A stretch of 58,839 bases of DNA from a candidate division WOR-3 bacterium. GTDB taxonomy: Bacteria; SDB-A. Location of the stretch: contig JAFGSQ010000015.1 in the NCBI GenBank assembly GCA_016934535.1, positions 1 to 58,839 of the forward strand. The letters run 5' to 3'. The notes beneath the pieces are model-generated. The model had not been told where the DNA came from and did not search any database. It worked only from the letters and a program-made list of their open reading frames with translations. The position numbers and the translations under genes are program-made. Positions 28,875 through 38,664 of the stretch are shown piece by piece (position 1 is the stretch's first letter; each line of letters begins with the position of its first letter).

Positions 28875-30218
28875 ATGATTATGGACGGCAAGATAAGGAT
28901 AATGCTTGCCGAAGACGATCCTCATATGATGAAAGTAATGGGGGACGCTTTCGACGGCAGGAAATATGATGTTGTCAGGGAAGAAAACGGTTCGGAAGCT
29001 TTGAACAGACTTCTCGAAGAGGACTTCCATGTCGCTGTTCTCGACGATCAAATGCCCGGAACGGGCGGCATCAATATATGCAAAAGACTCAGAGAAGAAA
29101 ACAGAAAAAAAAGCCTTCCGATCATACTTCTGACCGCGACAACAGATCCCGCCGAAAGAATCGACGGATACCGTTCAGGCGCGGATGCCTGCCTTTCCAA
29201 ACCTGTTAATAACCAGGAAATGGTTGGGATAATCGAAAATCTTTGCCGTCAGAGATATGACAGCGAATTTATTCTCAGCAACATGAAAGGGTTTGGCGGG
29301 ACAGTCAGCAGTTTTCCGGTTGTTGACCTCCTTCAATTCATGGAGATGGGCGCTAAAACAGGTTCTCTCGAGATAAAAAGTTTTGAAAAAAGCGCCGTTG
29401 TTTATTTTGACAAAGGCGTAATTGTGCATTCCGAATCAGGAAGACTCAGGGGCAGCAACGCAATATATCACATAATAAGCTGGCAGGACGGAACTTTCGT
29501 CTATTCTCCCGACAAAATGCCGGCGGAGGTGACTGTCAGGGAAAACCTGTCACACTTGCTTCTGGAAGGCATCAGGCTTATGGACGAAGAGGCGAGGGAT
29601 AACACGGCCGTAAAAGAACTGACACAGGCTCTTTTACAAGTGGAAACTTCTACCGAATCAAAAGTATTGAAGAAAATGGAAGATCTCTCGAAGAAAATCG
29701 CTCTTGGCGAAAAAAGGATTTTCGAGATACTCGTAATTGACATCTGGAAAGACAGCCGAAAGGAAATGCTCGATTTTTTCATAAGCAGTATTTTGAAATA
29801 TATTGGCAGAGACGTTCAGGTCTCGAAAAAAGACAGCGCCATATCGAGCTTCGCGAAACTCGACGTGATGAAAGATTTTTCAATAGACATCGTAGTAAGC
29901 AGCGGGAAAAGAAAATTCAATCTTCTCTGGCAGGTTTTCCTGGAACAGGCAAACGCTCTCGTTGTTTTTGTCGATCCGACTAATGAAGAAGCAAGAAATG
30001 ACGGAATAGAAATAGCGAGGAGATTCAACAGCTACCGCTCTCAGATACCTTGCGTGATAATTTCTCCGGTCGGGCAAAAAGCGGCAGGTCTTCCTTTTGA
30101 AAATCCAAAATGGTTTGCGGTCCCGGAATACAATCTCATAAACCTCGAAGAGATTTTCCAGTTTATGTTCGATTTCACACAGGAACATTTTCTTGACGAA
30201 ATCGAAATGAGAAGATGA
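28875..30218 (+). CDS. Response regulator: REC + DUF4388 + degenerate small-GTPase-like C-terminal domain
   Basis: AEDD, LDDQMP, LSKP (REC); G.VSSF.VVDLLQF.EM..KTG.L, G.NAIY.IISW.DG.F, LLLEG.R..DE (DUF4388). Confidence 0.85.
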   Translation: MIMDGKIRIMLAEDDPHMMKVMGDAFDGRKYDVVREENGSEALNRLLEEDFHVAVLDDQMPGTGGINICKRLREENRKKSLPIILLTATTDPAERIDGYRSGADACLSKPVNNQEMVGIIENLCRQRYDSEFILSNMKGFGGTVSSFPVVDLLQFMEMGAKTGSLEIKSFEKSAVVYFDKGVIVHSESGRLRGSNAIYHIISWQDGTFVYSPDKMPAEVTVRENLSHLLLEGIRLMDEEARDNTAVKELTQALLQVETSTESKVLKKMEDLSKKIALGEKRIFEILVIDIWKDSRKEMLDFFISSILKYIGRDVQVSKKDSAISSFAKLDVMKDFSIDIVVSSGKRKFNLLWQVFLEQANALVVFVDPTNEEARNDGIEIARRFNSYRSQIPCVIISPVGQKAAGLPFENPKWFAVPEYNLINLEEIFQFMFDFTQEHFLDEIEMRR

Positions 30219-31177
30219 AAAAGATCTATATAATTGCCACCGGCGGTACAATACAGATGAGAAAAGAAACCGGAAAAGGCGTTATACCGGCTTATATAGG
30301 GGAGGACATTCTGAAAAATCTGATTCTGCCGGATGAGAATTTCAAATTGGAATTCGACGAATTTTCAAATGTTCCCAGCCCATGGATAAAACCCGAAGAC
30401 ATGATGAGAATATCGGAAAAAATCAATTCTCTAGCCCTTGAGTGCGACGGTATAGTGATAACGCATGGCACCGACACACTGGAAGAGACGGCTTATTTTT
30501 TATCTTTGACATACGACAAAGATACTCCGGTCGTAATGACTGCGGCTATGCGTGCCCCGCCTGATCTCGGGATTGACGGACCGAGAAATATTCACGATTC
30601 TGTCATGGTCGCACTGGAGAGTTCATCCATCGGCAGGGGGGTCATGGTGGTAATCAACAACAGTGTGTTTTCCCCGAGAGACGTGACAAAAGTCTCCACA
30701 TCAAATCTCGCCGCTTTTACATCGCCTGAATACGGTCTTCTCGGAACCATAGACGAAAAAGTCATATTCTTTTCGAAGAATGTACAAAGAGAAAACATAC
30801 ATGCAAACCGCCCGGTCGGTCCTGTTGATATCATTCCGGCTTATTCAGGAGCGGACACGAGGCTTATCTCGGCATCTGTTGACTCGGGTGCCAAAGGATT
30901 GGTCCTGGAAGCTCTCGGAAGAGGAAACGTGCCTCCAGGCATGCTCGAAGGTATTTTTTACTCCATAAACAAAGGTCTGCCAGTAATTGTCTCCACGAAA
31001 GTTCAAAACGGAAGAGTGGCGGCAACATACGGATATGAAGGCGGCGGCAAACACCTCGCCGGAATGGGGTGTTATTTCGCTGGAAATCTCCGGGCGAACA
31101 AAACGAGGATAAGGCTCATGCTCGCTCTCGGAACTGAGGATAAAGAAATGGGGAGGTATTTTGAAAAATTTGCTTAA
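30215..31177 (+). CDS. ansA: L-asparaginase, cytoplasmic type
   Basis: IATGGTI, THGTDTLEET, VTK..T...AF.S, G.GNVP; no signal peptide. Confidence 0.9.
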   Translation: MKKIYIIATGGTIQMRKETGKGVIPAYIGEDILKNLILPDENFKLEFDEFSNVPSPWIKPEDMMRISEKINSLALECDGIVITHGTDTLEETAYFLSLTYDKDTPVVMTAAMRAPPDLGIDGPRNIHDSVMVALESSSIGRGVMVVINNSVFSPRDVTKVSTSNLAAFTSPEYGLLGTIDEKVIFFSKNVQRENIHANRPVGPVDIIPAYSGADTRLISASVDSGAKGLVLEALGRGNVPPGMLEGIFYSINKGLPVIVSTKVQNGRVAATYGYEGGGKHLAGMGCYFAGNLRANKTRIRLMLALGTEDKEMGRYFEKFA

Positions 31178-32093
31178 AACACTGATTTTATTTTCAGCGC
31201 TGACTGTGGTTTTGTCCGGTCATCTCGCGGCTCTGACTCACACTGTCAAACTTGGTGAAACGCTGACATCTATATCGAGGATGTACGGGATTCCTGTTTC
31301 CCAGATCAAATCAGCCAACAATCTCGCTTCGGACATGATAGTTGAAGGCCAGAGGCTGACTATACCATCCGGTTCTTCGGGAAGCGGAGACCTGTATGTC
31401 GTTAAAAGCGGAGAAACGCTTTCCGGACTCGCTTCGAGATTTCAGACCACAGTTCAGGCGATAAAAAACGCCAACAATCTTTCTTCGGATTTCATAAGAG
31501 AAGGCCAGCGGCTCGTCATCCCGGGAAGATTTCCGCCTCCCAGGCAGGATACTGAACAGCAAAGACCTCCGGTAAACACTAACATAGTCATACCGAACGA
31601 AGAAAAGACCGCCCGTCCGGCCGTGATTGAATTTTCGGCGGTTTCGCCGGAACCTTTGGCACGCATTGCCCAAGAAACCGAAACCGCTGATGTTTACGAG
31701 GAAATTCCGCTATTGTCTGCCGAAAAAACCGAACTCGTTAAATCAATTTTAAACAGTGCGATTTCATATTTGGGCTCACCTTACGTTTACGGAGCCACAG
31801 GAAACGGAGGTTTCGATTGCAGCGGACTCGTTTTCAGGGTTTTTGCCGACAACGGCATCGATTTGCCGAGGACGGTTACTGATATGGAAAGCTCCGGAAT
31901 TGAAGCTCCGAAAGAGGCTCTGATGCCGGGCGATCTTCTTATATTCGACGACCCGAAACATGTGGGTATTTATCTCGGTTCTGGAAGGTTTATTCACTCG
32001 TCATCTTACAGGAACAGGGGAGTTATTATAAGCTCTCTCGAAAGAGAGAGCTATTCTTCCCGCTTTATAAAAGCGCGAAGGGTTGTTTACTGA
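31161..32093 (+). CDS. LysM x2 + NlpC/P60 cell-wall endopeptidase
   Basis: Signal peptide; HTVKLGETL and YVVKSGETL LysM repeats; YLGSPYVYG...FDCSG, HVGIY, FIHSS. Confidence 0.94.
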   Translation: MKNLLKTLILFSALTVVLSGHLAALTHTVKLGETLTSISRMYGIPVSQIKSANNLASDMIVEGQRLTIPSGSSGSGDLYVVKSGETLSGLASRFQTTVQAIKNANNLSSDFIREGQRLVIPGRFPPPRQDTEQQRPPVNTNIVIPNEEKTARPAVIEFSAVSPEPLARIAQETETADVYEEIPLLSAEKTELVKSILNSAISYLGSPYVYGATGNGGFDCSGLVFRVFADNGIDLPRTVTDMESSGIEAPKEALMPGDLLIFDDPKHVGIYLGSGRFIHSSSYRNRGVIISSLERESYSSRFIKARRVVY

Positions 32094-32113
32094 TAAGCAC
32101 TTCGTATGAAATT

Positions 32114-32159
32114 CTGCTGAAATCAATGAGTTGATTTTTGGCAGCAGTAATAATATCAT
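32114..32159 (+). promoter_or_regulatory. Putative sigma70 promoter of the TPR/MotA-ExbD operon with overlapping inverted repeat
   Basis: TTGATT (32131-32136), 17 nt spacer, TATCAT (32154-32159); inverted repeat CTGCTG-AAATCAA-tgag-TTGATTT-ttgg-CAGCAG. Confidence 0.45.
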
Positions 32160-32213
32160 TTGATGGGGGATAAACAACCGATATCTAATCGCATATAGGA
32201 TTCGGAGGACTCT

Positions 32214-33140
32214 ATGAAAAAAATACAGTATTTAATATTGTTTTTTATTGCGGGTACTGCGCTAAACGCGTCGCCTTTTCTTCAGGGCAACTACATCGAT
32301 GTACCGAACGCTTATATAATGCCTCATTCGAGCGTTCAGCTGACATCTATTTTCACAGTTTACGATCAGGATTTCACCACAGCAGGCGCAAATTACGAAA
32401 CTTTTTCGCAGTACATATTCGGGGCTAATCTTTCGGTCGGTTTGTACGACTGGTTTGAAGCGGGAGGAGGTTATCTCGGAACGGATGTTTGGTCGGGTTT
32501 TGTCAAGGCGAGAGTGTTAAGAGAAAGCGAAAAATATCCCGCTTTTGCTGTTGGAATCCAGAACATTTCGTCTCACAAAAAAATGTCCGAATTCGGCAGG
32601 CATTCTCTCGATTATTACGAATCAAGCCAGAATTTCTCGTTTTACGGAGTGGTGACCAAAGACATATCGTATTATTTCCCGAGGATTCCTGTAATTCTGT
32701 CTTTCGGCATCGGAAGCGGCAGATTTCAGGGGGAGAGACCCAGGTCAGAACCTTTGAAGGGCGTTTTCGCCGGCATTGAATTCAGACCGGTGAAAAACCT
32801 GAGATTCATAGGCGACATGGACGGAAAAGACTGGAACCTCGGAACTGTATTCAGGGCCAACGACAACATAGAGCTTCTCATGGCGTGGGTAGAGATCGAA
32901 CAGACATTCGGCGTCAAGTACAGCGTCAGACCTGTTCCCACCGAACAGCAGAAACTAATAATCGGCGTGCAATTCTCATTCGGGCCTTTCTTCGGCAGTA
33001 AAGCTCTTTCCGTCAGACGTCAGAGAGAACTCGAGATAATGAGCAATTACCAGAGAGAGCTCGAAGAGATAAGACGTAAAAGAGAAGAGGCTGAGAGAGA
33101 GCTCGAAAGACTTCGCAGAATCCTGGAAGAAAGCCAGTAA
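32214..33140 (+). CDS. YjbH-like outer-membrane beta-barrel protein with C-terminal coiled coil
   Basis: GGAGG SD; signal peptide; IDVPNAYIMP, KARVLRES..YPAFAVG, Y.V.TK, F.GIE; charged heptad tail. Confidence 0.65.
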   Translation: MKKIQYLILFFIAGTALNASPFLQGNYIDVPNAYIMPHSSVQLTSIFTVYDQDFTTAGANYETFSQYIFGANLSVGLYDWFEAGGGYLGTDVWSGFVKARVLRESEKYPAFAVGIQNISSHKKMSEFGRHSLDYYESSQNFSFYGVVTKDISYYFPRIPVILSFGIGSGRFQGERPRSEPLKGVFAGIEFRPVKNLRFIGDMDGKDWNLGTVFRANDNIELLMAWVEIEQTFGVKYSVRPVPTEQQKLIIGVQFSFGPFFGSKALSVRRQRELEIMSNYQRELEEIRRKREEAERELERLRRILEESQ

Positions 33141-33152
33141 AGGAATTATAAT

Positions 33153-34697
33153 ATGCTTTTTTGTTTGTTCGCTTTCTTTTTTACGGCTCAGGAACAGACT
33201 GTTCCTCTTTCGACGGACGAGATATATGAGGTCACCGATTCTGTTAAGACAGAATTAACTTACGAAAGACAGATTCTCGAAGACCTTTACGCCGAAATCG
33301 AACAACTGAGGATGGCGGTCGAGATTCCGCCTCCAATCAGCTCAGCCGACTCTCTTTATCTTAGAGGAGCTCTCGGTTGGGCAAAAGTCACTTACCAGAA
33401 TATCTACAATCACTTCATGTCACCGGACAGCCTTAAACAAAGAGCCATGTACATGTACTGTGTTATTTCCTATCAGCAGTCGGACTACAAAGAAAGTACG
33501 GAAAAAGCCGAAGAGTTTCTCCAAACTTATCCGGGAAGCTTATTTTCAGACAACGTATATCTGATTTTGTCTCTGTGTCACTTCTCGGTAGCGGATTTCC
33601 AAAAAACGAGGGACTACTGTTCGAGGATTTCGTCTTCTTCTTCCCAGTTTCCTTTCGCCCTCTACATAACGGCGATATCCTATTTCCAGGAAAATAAAAA
33701 CTCCGAAGGCATAAGTATGGCGAAAGAAAAACTCAACGAAATGGCTTTCGGCATATACTCCGGATACATGTCGGACGAATGGAAATCAAGGGCTCTGATG
33801 AGCCTGGCTCAACTGCATTACGAGCTCGGCGAACTCCAGACCTCCTATGAATATTATGAGCTCGCCAAAGACAAAGGTGCGGATCCAAACGCGGCCGATT
33901 TCGGGATTGCATGGATTTACATCAAAGTGGGTCTTCTCGACGAAGCCCTCGAAATAATTGAGAACCTCGAAAGGCGCGAAGACATAGACAAAATGTACAC
34001 GGATGTACAGCTCGCCAAAGCTGCCATTTTAATCCAGCAGGAATCGTACGAAAAAACATTCGATATATATTCAGACATACTTAAAAAGTATTCGAGCAAT
34101 TACAGTTATGAAGACGTCATAAATGCGGCTTACGAAAACGCCTTGTCCTCGATTGTCATGGAAGATGTGGACGCTACAAGGAATCTTGAGACCAGCCTCG
34201 AAAATCTGATCGCCCTTTCGAGAGTTAGAGGCAGGCAAGATGTTGTTGACAGTCTCGAAAAGATAAAATCAAGCCTGAGATTTCAGCAGGAAGTTCTGCA
34301 CTCGATAGGTTTTCAGATAAATCCTGCCGACCAGGCAGACCTGGATGTCCTCAAGCACAACATCACTTTGATGATCCAGGAGGAGAGATCCAAAACCGAA
34401 CTGCTGTTGATGGACATAAATTATCTGGAAACAAAACTGCCGTCCCAGCATCTCGGCGCACTCGACAGTATCAAATACAAGCTGACCGGAATATCACTGA
34501 TGCTGGCCGATATTGAAAACCAAATCGGAGCCCGAGGAGTCACGGAGACTACAAACTGGCTCATTCAGGCGCAATACGGGGCGGGAGTCACTTTTTTCAT
34601 GATGTACAAGGACGTCGAATCGCAGATATCTGAGATCAAATCGAGAATGCAGACGATAAGATACGAAATCGAAGGATCTCAGGGGACGGACAGATAA
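33153..34697 (+). CDS. Exported tetratricopeptide-repeat protein
   Basis: Short hydrophobic leader; TPR-like repeats (FLQTYPGS, ALMSLAQLHYELG, FGIAWIY) and coiled-coil segments. Confidence 0.78.
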   Translation: MLFCLFAFFFTAQEQTVPLSTDEIYEVTDSVKTELTYERQILEDLYAEIEQLRMAVEIPPPISSADSLYLRGALGWAKVTYQNIYNHFMSPDSLKQRAMYMYCVISYQQSDYKESTEKAEEFLQTYPGSLFSDNVYLILSLCHFSVADFQKTRDYCSRISSSSSQFPFALYITAISYFQENKNSEGISMAKEKLNEMAFGIYSGYMSDEWKSRALMSLAQLHYELGELQTSYEYYELAKDKGADPNAADFGIAWIYIKVGLLDEALEIIENLERREDIDKMYTDVQLAKAAILIQQESYEKTFDIYSDILKKYSSNYSYEDVINAAYENALSSIVMEDVDATRNLETSLENLIALSRVRGRQDVVDSLEKIKSSLRFQQEVLHSIGFQINPADQADLDVLKHNITLMIQEERSKTELLLMDINYLETKLPSQHLGALDSIKYKLTGISLMLADIENQIGARGVTETTNWLIQAQYGAGVTFFMMYKDVESQISEIKSRMQTIRYEIEGSQGTDR

Positions 34698-34698
34698 A

Positions 34699-37563
34699 GT
34701 GAGAAAGTATTCGGACTCTGTTTTTCTTCTTTTTATGTCCACTGTTGCGTTTTTCCTGTCATCATGCGGACCCGGACGACTGGATCCCGAACAGGAACTT
34801 CTTCGCCTCGAGAGCGAAAAAAAACAGCTCGAACTTCTTCAGGAAGAATACATGGACGCCACGGCTCTTTATCTTGAGAACCTGCTTTCTTTTTACCCGA
34901 ACAATCCCTTCGGAGCAGATGCCGCCCTGAGGCTTTCCGAAATTTACAGAATAAAATCCAAGAGTGAATACGAGCGAAGGATTGATGAGTGGATGACAGG
35001 CGGATTTTCCGGACTGGAACCATTCCCTGAGTACGGACGCGCCAAAAATATGTACATGCAGGTTATAACTAAATATGAAGGCATAGACACTGTATCGGCC
35101 ATTGAAGCGTATTACGCTCTCGCTTCGATACTTGAAGAAGAGGGCAGTGTTGATTCGGCAAGTATAATGTACAGGAAGCTCGTGGAAAGGTATCCCGGAA
35201 GCGCGAGGGCACCCGCAGCGTGTTTCCGGCTCGGTCTCTATTATTTCAATTTCAGGCACGAAGGGCTCGGAAAAGTGGATCTCGCCATAGATTATTTCGA
35301 CAAAGTCCTCGAATATCCTGACGATCCCAATTACGACAAAGCTGTTTATATGATTGGATGGCTCAACAGGGTTGCCGGACCCGATTCTATCCCCGCTTCA
35401 ATAACCCATTTCCTTTTCCTCCTCGAGATGTCGGCCGAGGAGGGAAGAACGGAACTTGCCGACGAAGCAGTCATGTATCTTGGCTTCGATTTTTCCGAGC
35501 TTCCAAACGGCACTATGAGGCTCCGCAGGGTGCTGACCGTTCTTTCGGAGATGCCAAAAGGCGACGAGATCGTCCTCAAACTCGCCGAGACTTTCAAAGA
35601 AAAGGTGGATTACCAAAAGGCAATTGAAGCGTACAATACTTACCTCGACATGTATCCGAAAAGTCCTGGTGCACCTTTTGTCCTGCGTGATCTGGCATCG
35701 CTTTACGCCGAAGTCGGAGACATGACTCTGGCCGACGCGACAATGGACAGGCTGGTCGAAGATTACGGAAAAGACTGGCAGGTCACTCTTGACAGCACCG
35801 GCGACACCGCGAGAGTGTCTTCCACCGACTCACTCATACGTGAAGCGATGCTTTACACAGCCGGAATACATCACAGAAAAGCCATTCAGGAGGGCACGTA
35901 TGAAGAGTGGTCCACGGCGGCTGAAAGATACGGAAATTTTATAGACCAGTATCCGGATGATCCTGAAGTTTACGGACTTAGATTCGCCCTCGCGGAAGCT
36001 TATTACGAAATGGGAAAATATATTGACGCCGCGAACAATTACACTCGTGTGGCTTTCGACGGGACATACGACACTTTGACCTTGCCGGCCGCCTACGAAG
36101 CGGTGACGTCCTTCAATCAATGGTATTCGCAGGACAGCTCTTCGGACGAGAGACAGGACAGTATGCTCGTCGCGGCTCAAAGGTACATGGGCGTGTGGGA
36201 CGAAAGACCCGGCACTGATATTTCAGATCCTGTCAACATTTCGATGTCAATGGGTAAAATGCTTTACGAGGCCGAAAGATACGAAGAAGCAAAGAACTGG
36301 TACATGAAAGTCATCGATGATTTTCCTTCTTCGGAAGCTTCCGCCTCGGCGTCGGCGATGATCGCCCAGAGCTACTACAATCTTGGAGACCTGTCTTCTT
36401 CTGAAAGCTGGTTCCTCAGAGCCGCCTCACAGTCAAGCGACACGACTTTGTCGAGGCAGGCTGCCCTGATAGCCTTTCAGTCAGCTTCGAATCTTACTGA
36501 GACGGACACTATGAAAGCCGCAACTTTCCTCGAAGTCCACGGCAAGTATTCAGACCGCGAAGAAGGGAAAAAAGCGCTTTTCAACGCCGGAGTCATTTTT
36601 TTCAACGCCGGTTACGAGACCAGAGCCGTTGAAGTTTTCAGATCTTACATTCGGAATTATGACTACCAGGAAGACAGCCTCCTTTATTCGGCGTACATGA
36701 ATCTGGCCAACATCGCCATTTCAAAGGCCGAAAGAGCTGACAGCGCGGGTCTTCAAAGCGGAAACCTCTGGAATGAGGCGGCGAGCGCCCTCGAATCATT
36801 CACCGCGAGATACCCTTCCTCCCAGGGAACCAAAGACGCCGTGTATTGGACTGGCAAATCGTTTTTCGGGGCGAGGAACTTCCAGGGGGCAGAGAATTCG
36901 TTCATGAGAGTTGCCAATGGTACGTCTTTTTCCGAAGAACTCCATTACCAATCTCTTCACAGGCAGGCTTTATCACTGGACAGTCTAGGTTTGAATTCAG
37001 ACGCTGACAATGTCAGAAGAAGGATATTGATGGATTATTTCGAAGGAGGCAGAGCCGCCGGTGTGTCGCCTTCAGAAATTGAAATGGACATGATAGATGT
37101 CGTAGAAATAGATTTTGAGACAATCAAGGGAACTGAACTTTACTGGCCGATTGACAATTCATATCCCCCATACGACGCCGACATGAAGGCTATCGCGGAG
37201 AATCTGACGAGAATAGCCGGCCTCAGAGCAGGGCTTTCGACAATAGCGGCTTTGTTCCTTCTCGGCCAGTGCAATGAAGATTACGCGAGAGCTTTCAGGG
37301 AAGCAGAGTATGACCCTTCGTGGACGGAAGATGAACAAATATATTTTCAGGAACAGCTGGAACAGCAAGCGCTTCCTTATGAAGATGCCGCGGTCCAATT
37401 CTATCTTGCGTCGATGCAGACTGCGGAAAGCAACGGGCTCACTGACAACAGATGGTACCGGGACGCTCAAGAGGCTGTGGAAAATCTTAAAAAATTCAGA
37501 CCGGATTTGTTCCCTGATGAACAAAACTATGATAGCATCGAAGAAGAAACAACTTCGCCTTAG
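34699..37563 (+). CDS. Large TPR lipoprotein, GltD/AgmU-like
   Basis: Lipobox LSSC; many TPR repeats ending YP.S; C-terminus ALFLLGQ..EDYARAF..A..DP..TEDE...F..QLE.QA.PYED.A...Y......A...G...NRW resembles AgmU/GltD. Confidence 0.72.
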   Translation: MRKYSDSVFLLFMSTVAFFLSSCGPGRLDPEQELLRLESEKKQLELLQEEYMDATALYLENLLSFYPNNPFGADAALRLSEIYRIKSKSEYERRIDEWMTGGFSGLEPFPEYGRAKNMYMQVITKYEGIDTVSAIEAYYALASILEEEGSVDSASIMYRKLVERYPGSARAPAACFRLGLYYFNFRHEGLGKVDLAIDYFDKVLEYPDDPNYDKAVYMIGWLNRVAGPDSIPASITHFLFLLEMSAEEGRTELADEAVMYLGFDFSELPNGTMRLRRVLTVLSEMPKGDEIVLKLAETFKEKVDYQKAIEAYNTYLDMYPKSPGAPFVLRDLASLYAEVGDMTLADATMDRLVEDYGKDWQVTLDSTGDTARVSSTDSLIREAMLYTAGIHHRKAIQEGTYEEWSTAAERYGNFIDQYPDDPEVYGLRFALAEAYYEMGKYIDAANNYTRVAFDGTYDTLTLPAAYEAVTSFNQWYSQDSSSDERQDSMLVAAQRYMGVWDERPGTDISDPVNISMSMGKMLYEAERYEEAKNWYMKVIDDFPSSEASASASAMIAQSYYNLGDLSSSESWFLRAASQSSDTTLSRQAALIAFQSASNLTETDTMKAATFLEVHGKYSDREEGKKALFNAGVIFFNAGYETRAVEVFRSYIRNYDYQEDSLLYSAYMNLANIAISKAERADSAGLQSGNLWNEAASALESFTARYPSSQGTKDAVYWTGKSFFGARNFQGAENSFMRVANGTSFSEELHYQSLHRQALSLDSLGLNSDADNVRRRILMDYFEGGRAAGVSPSEIEMDMIDVVEIDFETIKGTELYWPIDNSYPPYDADMKAIAENLTRIAGLRAGLSTIAALFLLGQCNEDYARAFREAEYDPSWTEDEQIYFQEQLEQQALPYEDAAVQFYLASMQTAESNGLTDNRWYRDAQEAVENLKKFRPDLFPDEQNYDSIEEETTSP

Positions 37564-37599
37564 TTATTCAGCCGGCGAAGAGTTTTCGACAGGCGGAAT

Positions 37600-38016
37600 G
37601 TGATGAAAAAAATAATATTTATTTTATTAATGCTCGCCGGAGCCCTCTGCTTTTCGCAGGAGATACCGAGCAGCATCCTTGAGATCGAAGAAATCGAGAT
37701 AAGGGGGACGGCAAGAGAACCTCTGGTCATAAACATCGCGGCAACGGCTAAAATTGATTTCTCGAATTTCATAATTTCGCAGAGTTTTTCGCGCGAGATC
37801 CTGAATCAGGTTTTCCAGGCGAGATCCGAACTCGGAATGATAGGCCGAAGACAGATAACGAGGCCTTATTCCAGGACTTTTCTTTTTTTGGGCGGAGCAG
37901 GAACAGCTGCCGGAGTCTATCTATTGTCGAGGGGTGAAAAATCCAGCGCTTATTTTCTGGCAGCGGGCGGAACATTTCTTCTCACATCCGGAATTTTTTA
38001 TCTGTCTGGCAAGTAA
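37600..38016 (+). CDS. Small exported protein, GltF/CglF-like, with extra C-terminal hydrophobic hairpin
   Basis: Signal peptide; LEIEEIEIRG.AREP.V..I motif; position between TPR and MotA/TolQ genes. Confidence 0.5.
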   Translation: MMKKIIFILLMLAGALCFSQEIPSSILEIEEIEIRGTAREPLVINIAATAKIDFSNFIISQSFSREILNQVFQARSELGMIGRRQITRPYSRTFLFLGGAGTAAGVYLLSRGEKSSAYFLAAGGTFLLTSGIFYLSGK

Positions 38017-38040
38017 TAATATTAAAGGAGGTTGATTCTA

Positions 38041-38661
38041 ATGGCTTTCATCCAGTTTTACAAGAATGGCGGATGGGCTATGCACTTTATCGCTCTTGTA
38101 GCTTTGGTATCACTCGGTTTGATAATCGAAAGGCTTGTTTTCCTGATGAGATCAGGCATAAATGCCGATAATTTCCTGCGCATAGTCACTAAAAAACTCA
38201 GAGACGGTGATTACAATGGGGCGATAAGGCACTGCGACGGAACCGGAAAACCTCTTTCAAAAATTATCGGTGCCGGCCTGAGAAACTACAAAGGCGACGT
38301 GAGGGAGATGCAGAACGCCGTTGATGAAGTTGGTCTCGCTGAAATCCCGAGATTGAACAAGCGCCTGAATTATCTTCCGGTTCTCGCTCAGGTTGCAACG
38401 CTTCTGGGACTTCTGGGAACCATAGCTGGTCTGTTGAAATCTTTCGGCGCTCTTTTGACGGCGAGTGCTTCAACCAGAACTTTAGAGCTTATTCAGGGCA
38501 TATCGGTTGCTCTCAATACAACCTTTTTCGGTTTGCTGGTCGCCATACCCGTTATGCTCTTGCATTCTTTTCTGCAATCCAGGGCAGACGGCATAGTTGA
38601 CGACATTGACGAATACTCGGTCAGGATTATGAATATGCTTCAGGACATAAAGAAGGATTGA
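38041..38661 (+). CDS. MotA/TolQ/ExbB proton channel protein (AglR-like)
   Basis: AAGGAGGT SD supports ATG 38041; GG..M, IIER, TLLGLLGTI.G...SF, GIS.AL.TT..GL.VAIP. Confidence 0.92.
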   Translation: MAFIQFYKNGGWAMHFIALVALVSLGLIIERLVFLMRSGINADNFLRIVTKKLRDGDYNGAIRHCDGTGKPLSKIIGAGLRNYKGDVREMQNAVDEVGLAEIPRLNKRLNYLPVLAQVATLLGLLGTIAGLLKSFGALLTASASTRTLELIQGISVALNTTFFGLLVAIPVMLLHSFLQSRADGIVDDIDEYSVRIMNMLQDIKKD

Positions 38662-38664
38662 CGG

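Noticed and set aside
28323-29051. 242-aa antisense ORF; likewise 50216..50896, 7554..8150 and other nested ORFs
   Set aside because: Antisense or alternate-frame shadows of well-supported genes (DUF58/regulator, groESL, hppA) with no protein-like motifs.
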